Below are positions 18,610 to 27,028 of a stretch of DNA of 64,000 nucleotides, piece after piece. The position numbers and the translations under genes were made by a program. Every line of letters starts with the position of its first letter. Position 1 is the first letter of the stretch. Source of the stretch: Dehalococcoidia bacterium (GTDB lineage: Bacteria > Chloroflexota > Dehalococcoidia > Lucifugimonadales > JAGWBF01); the NCBI GenBank assembly GCA_965237875.1, contig CBDEGP010000001.1:1051355-1115354 (forward strand). Direction: 5' to 3'. The notes under the pieces were generated by a model. The model was given only the letters and a program-made list of their open reading frames with translations, made no database searches and was not told the DNA's origin.

Positions 18610-19392
18610 ATGACCACCACCAAGAACTACACCGACGAATATGTTGACATCGGCGGGGGCCGGACCCATATCAAAAAGGGTGGCAGCGGGTCGCCGATAT
18701 TGTACCTGCATGGCGAAACCGGCAATCAACAGTGGAACGCATATATAGACGCCCTGGCCCAGAAGCACACCGTCTACGTGCCGTCACACCCCGGATACGA
18801 CCAGTCCGACAGGCTTCCCTGGGTTAATACGATTGCTGACGTGGTCCACTTCTACGTAGGCTTGATGAAAAAGCTGGGCCTGGATAACGTATCCCTGGTC
18901 GGCCACTCGATGGGCGGCTGGATTGCAGCCGAGATGTCCTGCCTGGAGAATCCCCGAATCAAGGCCCAAGTTCTCTTGGCGCCGGCGGGAATCAGACCGA
19001 GAGAAGGCGACATCACCGAGATTCTCATGGCGGGGCAAAACGAGTACATAGACAAATGGTGGGTGGACGTGGACAAAGCCCCCAGCAACGACGACCTGAG
19101 CGAAGAGGAGCGGAACGTGCTCTGGGCCAACAGAGAAATGGACTCCCGCCTTCTGTGGAAACCCTACATGCACAATCCCGTGCTGCCCCAATACCTGGAG
19201 ATGGGCAGCATCCCGACTCTGGTCTTGTTCGGAGCCGGGGACGGGATCATGCCGCTGAACTCAGGAGAGATTTACAACGAAGCGATCCCCGGTTCCCAGC
19301 TGCAGACCATCGACCAGGCCGGCCACAGCCCTCAAGATGAACAACCGGACGCCTGCGCTCAGGCTACGCTGGACTTCTTGGGGAGTGTCTAG
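18610..19392 (+). CDS. alpha/beta hydrolase (meta-cleavage-product-hydrolase-like)
   Basis: LVGHSMGGWIAA nucleophile elbow. 260 aa. AGGAGG RBS. Confidence 0.85.
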   Translation: MTTTKNYTDEYVDIGGGRTHIKKGGSGSPILYLHGETGNQQWNAYIDALAQKHTVYVPSHPGYDQSDRLPWVNTIADVVHFYVGLMKKLGLDNVSLVGHSMGGWIAAEMSCLENPRIKAQVLLAPAGIRPREGDITEILMAGQNEYIDKWWVDVDKAPSNDDLSEEERNVLWANREMDSRLLWKPYMHNPVLPQYLEMGSIPTLVLFGAGDGIMPLNSGEIYNEAIPGSQLQTIDQAGHSPQDEQPDACAQATLDFLGSV

Positions 19393-19448
19393 GTTCGGAG
19401 GAAGTCAGCATCCCGGGCCCGGGTTGAAGCCCACCAGGAGGCGGTGTA

Positions 19449-20618
19449 ATGAAGGATAAAGTAGAAGTATTCTGGTTCTCTGAACAGCCCTATGGTCACG
19501 TGACCAACGAAGACCTGGAGCCATACCCCTCAGGACGTCTCGGGTTCCCCAACACCCACTTCGATCCCAACAAGGCCCACGTGCTCTACAACCAGTACCA
19601 CGAACAATATGCTCTGGCCGATGAGGTGGGCTTCGACGGAATCATGTCCAACGAGCACCACGCTTCCTACTGGTGCATGAAGCCGTCGGTCAACATGGAC
19701 GCCGCGGTCATCTCCAAACTGACCAAGAATGTCAGGATAGCCATACTTGGGAACGTCATCGCGATTAACGATCCCGTCAAGATGGCCGAAGAGATAGCCA
19801 TGTTGGACTGCTTCTCCGACGGCAGGATCATCTCCGGGTTCGTGCGTGGAACGGCCGTGGAATCCCTGCAGGGAGGCATCGACCCCACGGAGAACTTCGA
19901 GCGGTTCCAGGAAGCCCACGACCTGATCATCAAGTGCTGGACGCAACCCGGACCCTTCCGCCATGAGGGGAAGTATTTCCAATACAGGGTGGTGAACCCC
20001 TGGGTGCTGCCGGTCCAGAAGCCTCGCCCTGAGATATGGTTCCCCGGCACGGGCAGCCCTGAAAGCGTCGTTTGGGCCGCACGGCATCAGCACCCCTACA
20101 TGAACCTGGGCGCGCTGATCGGCATGACCGAATACTTGAAGAACGTCTACATCGAGACGGCCCACGACATAGGCTTCCAGCCGGGGCCGGAGCATTTCGG
20201 GTACTTGCTGAGGTGCTTGGTCGCCGACACCGACGAGAAAGCCATTGAACTGGGCAAGTGGTTCATGTGGACCGAGGACCACAGGCAGAGGGGACCGAGA
20301 GAGCACAACGACCCGCCCGGCTACCAGAGCCGTGAAGCGGTGAACGTCAAAAGCCAGAGGCCCACAATCGGAACGGGCACCTTTGGGCGCAGGATGACGT
20401 ATGACCAGCTCCGCGACGTCAACAACATCATCGTAGGGAACCCGGACACGGTCATCGAGAAGCTGACGCAGATCATCGAACACCTGGACCCGGGTTACAT
20501 CCACATCTACGGCAACGAGGGTCTGATGCCCCATGAAGACGTGATGCGGTCGGTGGAGCTATTTGGCAAAGAGGTCGTCCCGGCGCTCCACGAGATACAG
20601 CTCAAGCCCTACGAATAA
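19449..20618 (+). CDS. LLM-class (bacterial luciferase-like) flavin-dependent oxidoreductase
   Basis: 389 aa with a GIMSNEHH motif. It is a close paralog of 31116..32303. Confidence 0.85.
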   Translation: MKDKVEVFWFSEQPYGHVTNEDLEPYPSGRLGFPNTHFDPNKAHVLYNQYHEQYALADEVGFDGIMSNEHHASYWCMKPSVNMDAAVISKLTKNVRIAILGNVIAINDPVKMAEEIAMLDCFSDGRIISGFVRGTAVESLQGGIDPTENFERFQEAHDLIIKCWTQPGPFRHEGKYFQYRVVNPWVLPVQKPRPEIWFPGTGSPESVVWAARHQHPYMNLGALIGMTEYLKNVYIETAHDIGFQPGPEHFGYLLRCLVADTDEKAIELGKWFMWTEDHRQRGPREHNDPPGYQSREAVNVKSQRPTIGTGTFGRRMTYDQLRDVNNIIVGNPDTVIEKLTQIIEHLDPGYIHIYGNEGLMPHEDVMRSVELFGKEVVPALHEIQLKPYE

Positions 20619-20652
20619 TTCCCTTAACCGGAACCGGAAAAAGATGAGAAGG

Positions 20653-20673
20653 CCCCGCAGGTCTAATGCGGGG
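20653..20673. terminator. bidirectional intrinsic terminator hairpin
   Basis: CCCCGCA-ggtctaa-TGCGGGG is flanked by an A-run upstream and a T-rich tract downstream. It sits between the convergent LLM and MetE-like genes. Confidence 0.6.
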
Positions 20674-20687
20674 TCTTTCATTTCGCG

Positions 20688-22217
20688 TCAGTATAGATGC
20701 CGGCGGCGGAGTTCGGAGGCGGCGTCGGCGATAGCCGTCAGCTTTGCCGCGGCGGTCTGGGCGGAAGCCACCGGATTGTCCGCAAAGGTGGCGAAACCGC
20801 AGTCGGGATTCAGCAGGACGCGGTCGGGGCCGAAAATGGAAATGGCCCGTTCCGCCCTTTCAATGATCTCTGCTGTGGGCTCGACGGAATTCAGCTTGGG
20901 GTTGACGACTCCCACGCCAACGCGCCGGTCGGCGGGAAGGCCGGATACGGCTTCCATGTCCCCGGCCCGCGGCGTGCAAAACTCTAGAAGATAGTTTCCC
21001 ACGTTCAACGAGGAGAGGGTGTCAACCAACGGCCCATAGCTTCCCGCAAGGGCCACTCCTTCGTCCTTGGACCAGTTGCCCCGGCAGACGTGCAAGGCCA
21101 GCCGCTCCATAGGCAGCCCTTTCACGACCTGATTGATCAGGTCTCCTGCGAAGGCCAACTCCTCTTCAGTGTCCATCTTCTCCGACAGGGCGCCGCACAT
21201 GAAGGACCTTCCGCCGGTGGGACTTCCGAACACCACCTCCGAAAGGACCGGCTCGTCGAATTGCACGAGAGCCGCCCCCTTGGCCAGAAGGAAGTGGAGC
21301 TCTTCGCGCAGTACGCGGACCACGTCACGGGCAAGCTCATCGCGGGCCCCGTAAGGACGCTCGGTGAGGCAGTCGAGCCACATGGTGCGGGTGAGCAGGT
21401 ATGGCCCCGGCAGAGCAACCTTCACGAGCCTGTCCGAGCAGGTCCGAACAAACTCGAACTCATGGACGGCCAGCGGACGGCTCCTTCCAAGCTTTCCAAA
21501 GACCACGGGATGCCGGACTTCCGATGCCGGAACGTCCAGGGCCCGGAGTTCACGTTCGAACTTCTCCGAGTCGTCGACCATGGCAGCCAAATCGCTGAGG
21601 GGTATGAGTTGGCAGTTGTCCAGCAAGCCTCCCACGAAGCTGGCGTAGCTATCCCGCCGCTGCTCACCGTCCGTAAGAACATCGACGCCTGCGCGAAGCT
21701 GGGCGTCGATGGAAAGCCGCACGGCGTCATCAGCCGTGGCTTGAAACTCCGCCTCATCCAGCCTGCCTTCAAGACGTTCGTGGACCGCCTGCAGCATCCA
21801 ACGGGGTCTCGGCCAACTGCCAATCCCGAACACGGACAACGGCTGTATTGCCGGGGCGGGCGCCGGCTGAGGAAGCGTTTCCGGGACTGTCACGTCAACC
21901 CGGAACTGTGCTCCAATGGACGCCATAGGCGCCGCGGCCGGCGCCGTTCTGCTGTTCGAGAAGGGGCCTTTGCAAACGAGGTAGCTGCGGCGGTCTCCGG
22001 TTCTAGTCCACGAGACCAGCTCGTTGTCAGTCATACGGCACCAAGCAGGCAACTCGACTTCGACGGTCGAGTCCGTTGACAGTATCTCCAGCAGCCCGCC
22101 GCGGTCCAGCGGGTCGATGTGGCGGCGAATCAGGAGCAACAGTCCGCCGCCGCAGTCGAGGTCGCCGCCGTCGAACCTGACGTCGGGTTGGTGGGCGTGT
22201 TTTTCGACCTGGTCCAT
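20688..22217 (-). CDS. fusion protein: N-terminal TusA-like domain + MetE-type (Meth_synt_2) Zn-dependent thiol alkyltransferase catalytic domain
   Basis: The N-terminus GGDLDCGGGLLLLIRR...LPAWCRMT parallels the stand-alone TusA-like gene. The C-terminal ~340 aa carries LALHVCRGNW, EFCTPRAG and LLNPDCGF (MetE zinc-ligand motifs). I took ATG 22217 as the start because the longer ORF overlaps the DsrE-like gene. The start is uncertain. Confidence 0.78.
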   Translation of the reverse strand: MDQVEKHAHQPDVRFDGGDLDCGGGLLLLIRRHIDPLDRGGLLEILSTDSTVEVELPAWCRMTDNELVSWTRTGDRRSYLVCKGPFSNSRTAPAAAPMASIGAQFRVDVTVPETLPQPAPAPAIQPLSVFGIGSWPRPRWMLQAVHERLEGRLDEAEFQATADDAVRLSIDAQLRAGVDVLTDGEQRRDSYASFVGGLLDNCQLIPLSDLAAMVDDSEKFERELRALDVPASEVRHPVVFGKLGRSRPLAVHEFEFVRTCSDRLVKVALPGPYLLTRTMWLDCLTERPYGARDELARDVVRVLREELHFLLAKGAALVQFDEPVLSEVVFGSPTGGRSFMCGALSEKMDTEEELAFAGDLINQVVKGLPMERLALHVCRGNWSKDEGVALAGSYGPLVDTLSSLNVGNYLLEFCTPRAGDMEAVSGLPADRRVGVGVVNPKLNSVEPTAEIIERAERAISIFGPDRVLLNPDCGFATFADNPVASAQTAAAKLTAIADAASELRRRHLY

Positions 22218-22257
22218 CAGCAGGGCCTTCGAGGAATTGGCGCCCAAGGGCTGCCCG

Positions 22258-22620
22258 CTAGTAGGTGACGCAAGGGCTGCCGTCGGAGAGGAACTCCACC
22301 AGCTTTGCGCCGCCGACAATCATGGCGCCGTCAACCAGGTTGTTCTCGTCGAGGCCGCGTTTCTTGAGGCAGGGCGCACAGACATAAATGGTTCCGCCTC
22401 CGCCGGCGAAGTTGTGCATTAAATCCTTCAGGGCCATGAAGCCCTCTTCGTGTATGTCGTCGGCGTAGCCGTTCTCGGCAAGGCGGACCCCTTCAGCGCT
22501 CAGGAAGACAACAGTCTCCTTCTCCGATCCCAGCGCGGCGTTTGCCACGACAAAGCCCACCGTCGCTCTGTCGGGGTCGTTCTTGGCGTTGGTGAGACTT
22601 ACGCAGAATTTTCCGGCCAT
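22258..22620 (-). CDS. DsrE/DsrF-like sulfur-relay family protein
   Basis: 120 aa. VVFLSAEGVRL...GGGTIYVCAPCLKKRGL is the typical DsrE-fold pattern with conserved Cys. GGGAGG RBS. Confidence 0.8.
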   Translation of the reverse strand: MAGKFCVSLTNAKNDPDRATVGFVVANAALGSEKETVVFLSAEGVRLAENGYADDIHEEGFMALKDLMHNFAGGGGTIYVCAPCLKKRGLDENNLVDGAMIVGGAKLVEFLSDGSPCVTY

Positions 22621-22650
22621 GTCGGTTTCCTCCCGGTTGGGGTTATGCGG

Positions 22651-22905
22651 CTATGATGTGTGTCTTTGCTCGATCCAGTAATCAGGGTGGTCGGCCCACA
22701 GCAAACGGCGGCCCGTCATCCGGCACCACGCCGGCAGGTCTTGGGGGGCGCCGAGGTCACGGGCAGTCAGTCTAAGGACCTCGCTGGGCTTGAGCTTCTG
22801 CATGCGTTGTCTGAGGAGGACGATGACCTCGCCGCAGCCCATGTCTCCCGCGTCCCATTCGTCGGCTACGGCGATTTCCTCCGATTGCTTTCGCTCATCC
22901 GGCAT
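22651..22905 (-). CDS. TusA-like (SirA family) small sulfur-carrier protein, CG variant of the CPxP motif
   Basis: 84 aa. DMGCGEVIVLLRQ and DLPAWCRMT correspond to TusA LRCPEPVMMVR and DIPGFC. Confidence 0.72.
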   Translation of the reverse strand: MPDERKQSEEIAVADEWDAGDMGCGEVIVLLRQRMQKLKPSEVLRLTARDLGAPQDLPAWCRMTGRRLLWADHPDYWIEQRHTS

Positions 22906-22969
22906 TGCTTATTCCACTGCCGCCGGGCGCCTCCCTGAAAGGCATCTCCCTAGCGAAGTATAAGAGATG

Positions 22970-22987
22970 TTAATATCACACATTAAC
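22970..22987. promoter_or_regulatory. inverted repeat GTTAAT-n6-ATTAAC (candidate operator)
   Basis: Perfect 6-bp arms. It is overlapped by the direct repeat TGTTAATATC (22969..22978) / TGTCAATATC (22991..23000). It lies in an AT-rich island of the tusA-like/amidohydrolase divergent spacer. Confidence 0.4.
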
Positions 22988-23027
22988 CACTGTCAATATC
23001 TGAGCCCAAATGCCGCGCCGCGCCTTT

Positions 23028-23036
23028 TGCTATAAT
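23028..23036 (+). promoter_or_regulatory. extended -10 element TGCTATAAT
   Basis: A perfect TGnTATAAT 29 nt upstream of ATG 23065, in an AT-rich divergent spacer. Confidence 0.45.
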
Positions 23037-23064
23037 CTTCCTCGTGTAAGGACCGGAGGCAAAG

Positions 23065-24201
23065 ATGTCCAAGAACGGCTATAGGGTTATCGACAGTGAC
23101 CTTCATTTGATGGAGCCTCCCGATCTATTCGAGAGATACATGGACACATCATTCAGAGACAAGGCTCCCAAACCCACGGCAAGGGGCGCCGGCCACTATG
23201 CCAGATGGACGCTGGAGGGCAGCCCCATACCTCCCTGGGGCCATGACGACCACGTATGGAAGGTGAACGAACCTATGGACAGGCGCGCCAAGGAGGTGAT
23301 GTCGGAGGGATGGGCCACCGGGTTTGACGCCTCAACGTCGTTAAGCGCAATGGACAAAGAGGGCATCGACGTAGCCGTCATGTTCCGCACTACGGCCAGC
23401 ATGTTCGTGTCCAAGGACTCCCTGGACGCCAAGCTGTCCCTCGAGATATGCAAGGCCTTCAACGATTGGGTGTCGGAGTATTGCAAGGACGACCCCGAAA
23501 GGATGAAACCCACGTCCATCGTTCCTCAGCAAGACCCTGAACTGGCGGCGCAGGAGGCCCGGCGAAGCGTCGAGAAGTTGGGCTCGGTAGGAGTGGTGAT
23601 GCTTCCCATGCCCGTGTCCGGGCGCCATCCCCACGACCCCGAGTTCGACGTCCTGTGGGCGGAGGCGGAGAGGCTGGGAGTCCCCATATGCTTCCACGGC
23701 ACCTCAGGCGCCGTTTCTCACGATTACGTCGGGGGCAGGTTCGCAGGCCACCCCGCCTATAGGTCCATACTCCACTCAACAGTCTTTCCCATCGAGCTTA
23801 TGATGGCCATGTCCAGCATGATCATGGGCGGAGTGATGGAGCGGTTCCCCAAGCTGAAGGTGGCTTTTCTGGAGGGCAACTGCTCCTGGCTCCCGTGGTG
23901 GCTGTATCGTTTGGACGATCAATGGGAGAAGTTCGGCCCCGGAGAAGAGGTGGACCTGTCCCTCAGACCCACCGACTATTTCCTGCGCCAGTGCTGGATT
24001 TCCGTGGACGCCGACGAGGTCCTCAGCGAAGACGTGGTGAGCAGGCTTGGCGACGACAACATCGTGTTCTCCACCGACTACCCTCATCCCGACTCGGCTT
24101 ATCCCCACGCTACGGAAGAGCTGCTGTCCATCGACGGGTTGTCGTCGGCGACCAAGAAGAAGATTCTCTGGGACAACTGCGCCAAGCTGTATGGCATCTA
24201 A
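23065..24201 (+). CDS. Amidohydro_2 family metal-dependent hydrolase/decarboxylase
   Basis: VIDSDLHLMEP and VFSTDYPHPDS motifs. 378 aa. Confidence 0.85.
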   Translation: MSKNGYRVIDSDLHLMEPPDLFERYMDTSFRDKAPKPTARGAGHYARWTLEGSPIPPWGHDDHVWKVNEPMDRRAKEVMSEGWATGFDASTSLSAMDKEGIDVAVMFRTTASMFVSKDSLDAKLSLEICKAFNDWVSEYCKDDPERMKPTSIVPQQDPELAAQEARRSVEKLGSVGVVMLPMPVSGRHPHDPEFDVLWAEAERLGVPICFHGTSGAVSHDYVGGRFAGHPAYRSILHSTVFPIELMMAMSSMIMGGVMERFPKLKVAFLEGNCSWLPWWLYRLDDQWEKFGPGEEVDLSLRPTDYFLRQCWISVDADEVLSEDVVSRLGDDNIVFSTDYPHPDSAYPHATEELLSIDGLSSATKKKILWDNCAKLYGI

Positions 24202-24202
24202 C

Positions 24203-25309
24203 ATGTCGGCGATGCCGGGCGAGCTCGACCGGCTCCTGAACCTCTACGATTTCGAGTCGGAGGCCCGCCGTATCCTGTCCAGGAATGTCTGGGGTTTCAT
24301 CGAGGCGGGGACCTACGAAGAGCACACGTTGAAGCGGAACCGCACGGCCCTGGACGCCGTGTGCCTCAGACCGCGGTTTCTGGTGGATGTAGGAACGCGG
24401 GACACGTCCGTGGCTGTCCTGGGAGAAAGAATCAGCTTCCCCGTGATGATAGCGCCGGCGGGTCATCACGGCATCGCCCATCCGGAAGGGGAGTGCGCCG
24501 TCGTTCGGGCCGCCGGCGCGGCTGGTACGGTCATGGGAGTCGGCGCCGACTCCAACTACACCCTGGAAGAGGTGGCCTCGCAGGCGACCGGTCCGATATG
24601 GTTTCAGCTCTATCACAGGAGCCGGGACCTCAGCGAGATGCTCGTAAGAAGGGCCGTGAACGCAGAATATTCGGCGCTCGTGGTCACCGTGGACAATCCG
24701 ATTCCGGGGACCAAGGAACGGGACATCCGCAACAGGTATCGGCGCCCCGAGGGTCTGGAGCTTGCCAATTTCGTTGGTGAGAAGGCCGGTCTCGGGCTTG
24801 TGAAGGGAACGCCGGAAGCCCAGACATGGGACATGCGAAGGCTGCCGTTTCGCTGGGAGGACGTTTCCTGGGTCAAGTCCGTCTCGTCGCTGCCTCTGAT
24901 AATCAAAGGAATACGCACGGCGGCGGACGCCGTCGGATGCGTCGAGCGGGGCGTGGACGGCATCGTGGTTTCAAACCACGGAGCGCGCCAGTTGGACGGC
25001 ACCCATTCGTCCATCGAGACGCTGCCGGAAATCGTGAACGCGGTGAACGGAAGGGCCGAGGTCTACTTGGACTCGGGCATCCGCCGTGGGACGGACGTGT
25101 TGAAGGCGCTTGCATTGGGCGCCAGGGCCGTGATGATCGGAAGACCCTTATTCTGGGGTCTGGCCGTGGGGGGTGAGGCCGGAGTCGCGCGGACGCTGGA
25201 GATTCTCAGAGCCGAGTTCGACCGGGCTATGGGCTACTGCGGAGTCACCGGAGTGGACGAACTCAGCCCCAACCTGGTCTCGTTGCCCGGCGAACACGGG
25301 TGGGTCTGA
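24203..25309 (+). CDS. FMN-dependent alpha-hydroxy acid dehydrogenase/oxidase (lactate/glycolate oxidase family)
   Basis: IVVSNHGARQLDG signature. I trimmed the start to ATG 24203, 2 nt after the upstream stop. The ORF track start at 24047 overlaps the amidohydrolase. Confidence 0.88.
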   Translation: MSAMPGELDRLLNLYDFESEARRILSRNVWGFIEAGTYEEHTLKRNRTALDAVCLRPRFLVDVGTRDTSVAVLGERISFPVMIAPAGHHGIAHPEGECAVVRAAGAAGTVMGVGADSNYTLEEVASQATGPIWFQLYHRSRDLSEMLVRRAVNAEYSALVVTVDNPIPGTKERDIRNRYRRPEGLELANFVGEKAGLGLVKGTPEAQTWDMRRLPFRWEDVSWVKSVSSLPLIIKGIRTAADAVGCVERGVDGIVVSNHGARQLDGTHSSIETLPEIVNAVNGRAEVYLDSGIRRGTDVLKALALGARAVMIGRPLFWGLAVGGEAGVARTLEILRAEFDRAMGYCGVTGVDELSPNLVSLPGEHGWV

Positions 25310-25324
25310 CGCTTACGGGCTCCG

Positions 25325-27028
25325 CTACCGGGTCAGCCGGATGCCCGCGGCCTCCCGGTCGAAGCAGTCCAGGGTAAGGTCGTCCCGCTCACCCCTCAGC
25401 ACGTCCTTGCGGACCCTCAGCGAGGGTGTCCGGGGCAGGTCTTCCCGCAGCTCTATGTACCGGGGCACTTTGAAATAGGCCACCCTCTCAGCGGCCCAGT
25501 AAATCACGTCTTCCGGGGTAAGTTCCACCATCTCGTCGGCGGGGAAAGCAGTTGTTTCGTCCTCCGTAGCTTGCTGTGTTGCCTGGAGGGGGTGGTATTT
25601 CCTGTGGACCACGTATGCCTTGACTTCCTCCTCACCCAACTCCGACGGCACCGCAATGACGGCGCAGTCCATCACCCCAGGATGGCGTTTGATGATGTCC
25701 TCGACCTCCTGGGACGATATGTTCTCTCCCCTGCGGCGGACCACGTCCTTCTTCCGGTCTACGAAATACAGGTGCCCGTCTTCGTCCACCCAACCAAGGT
25801 CTCCGGTGTGCAGCCAGCCGTCCTGGAGTGATTCGGCCGTCCGTTCCGGGTTTCGCCAGTACCCCGGCATGACAGCCGGATTGCGCAGGGTGATCTCTCC
25901 GGGGACGCGCGGGGGTTGCACGGCGCCCGCGTCATCCACGATCCTCAATTCATTCTGGAACCTGGGGTCCGGGTGCCAACGAGGTTTGCCGGACGACCCT
26001 TTTCGATGGGGCTCTCCGAGGCGCTCTATCGTCCCGTAGCAGGTCTCCGTCATCCCGAAGCCTATGAGGACGTCGGCGCCGAATCTACGCTCGAACTCCT
26101 CCAGCATCTCCGGAGCCATGGCGGGGGAACCGTAGAAGAGACGCACGCTGTTGTCCCGGTCTGAAGGCGACGGCTCCTGTTTGAGGAGCACGGGCATCAT
26201 CATGCCGATGAAGTTTACGACCGTAGACTGGGACTCCCGCACCTGGTCCCAGAAACGGGTGGCGCTGAACCTGTCCACCACCGTAAGGGTTGCGCCCAGG
26301 CACAGGGTCCCCATAGTCGAGTAATACTGGGCGTTGGCGTGGAAGTAGGGCATGCAAGTGAAGAACCGCTCGTCGGGGGTGGACTCTGTCCACGCAGCAA
26401 AACCCTGTCCCGATGCAGCGAACATGCTGTGGGTCAGCATGACGCCTTTGGGGTTTCCTGTGGTCCCTGAGGTGTACACCAGTATAGCCACGTCGCTGGG
26501 GTCGACTTCCGGCTGGTCGGCAGGGTCCAGCGGCGGGGCCGAATCCATCAGGTCCCAGAAGCTCAGCCATCCCTCCGGGAGGTCGGTGCCGCCCCCGATC
26601 AGGACGGACGCCTCGAGTGACGGACACTGGGCCGCGGCGGACCGGGCTACGTCCAGCAAGCTCTCGTGGGCAACAAGGACTTTGGACTCGGAGTCGTTGA
26701 GGATGTAGGCCGTCTCGTCCTGTTTGTAGGCTGTGTTTACGGTCACGCATATCGCGCCGAGGCGTGCCAGCCCCATCCATATAAAGAGAACCTCCCGTCC
26801 GTTGGGGAGGAATAGGCATACCCGGTCGCCGTGGCCCACCCCCAGCCGTGCGAATGCCTGGGCCGCCTTCCGCGTCGCTTCCTGGAACTGCGCGTAAGTT
26901 ACGTCGTGCTTGTCATAATGCAGGAAGACCTTCTCCGGGTGGCGTTCTGCGGCCGCATCGATTATCTCGCCCAGAGTCATCTCCCAGGGCAGCCGAGAAG
27001 GGTCTTTAGGCGCTATGATCAGGCTCAA
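25325..27028 (-). CDS. AMP-dependent synthetase/ligase (acyl-CoA synthetase)
   Basis: LVYTSGTTGNPKGV AMP-binding motif. The TTG start overlaps the upstream stop (TTGA). Confidence 0.88.
   Translation of the reverse strand: MSLIIAPKDPSRLPWEMTLGEIIDAAAERHPEKVFLHYDKHDVTYAQFQEATRKAAQAFARLGVGHGDRVCLFLPNGREVLFIWMGLARLGAICVTVNTAYKQDETAYILNDSESKVLVAHESLLDVARSAAAQCPSLEASVLIGGGTDLPEGWLSFWDLMDSAPPLDPADQPEVDPSDVAILVYTSGTTGNPKGVMLTHSMFAASGQGFAAWTESTPDERFFTCMPYFHANAQYYSTMGTLCLGATLTVVDRFSATRFWDQVRESQSTVVNFIGMMMPVLLKQEPSPSDRDNSVRLFYGSPAMAPEMLEEFERRFGADVLIGFGMTETCYGTIERLGEPHRKGSSGKPRWHPDPRFQNELRIVDDAGAVQPPRVPGEITLRNPAVMPGYWRNPERTAESLQDGWLHTGDLGWVDEDGHLYFVDRKKDVVRRRGENISSQEVEDIIKRHPGVMDCAVIAVPSELGEEEVKAYVVHRKYHPLQATQQATEDETTAFPADEMVELTPEDVIYWAAERVAYFKVPRYIELREDLPRTPSLRVRKDVLRGERDDLTLDCFDREAAGIRLTR

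Noticed and set aside
19530-20534. Long ORFs antisense to well-supported genes: 19530..20534, 21090..22079, 13024..14052, 8865..9842, 50541..51500, 10360..11151, 30302..31147, 58857..59720
   Set aside because: Each lies entirely inside, and opposite to, a gene with clear family motifs. Their translations are Arg/Gly/Pro/His-rich low-complexity strings typical of shadow ORFs in high-GC DNA. I recognise no motif or RBS.
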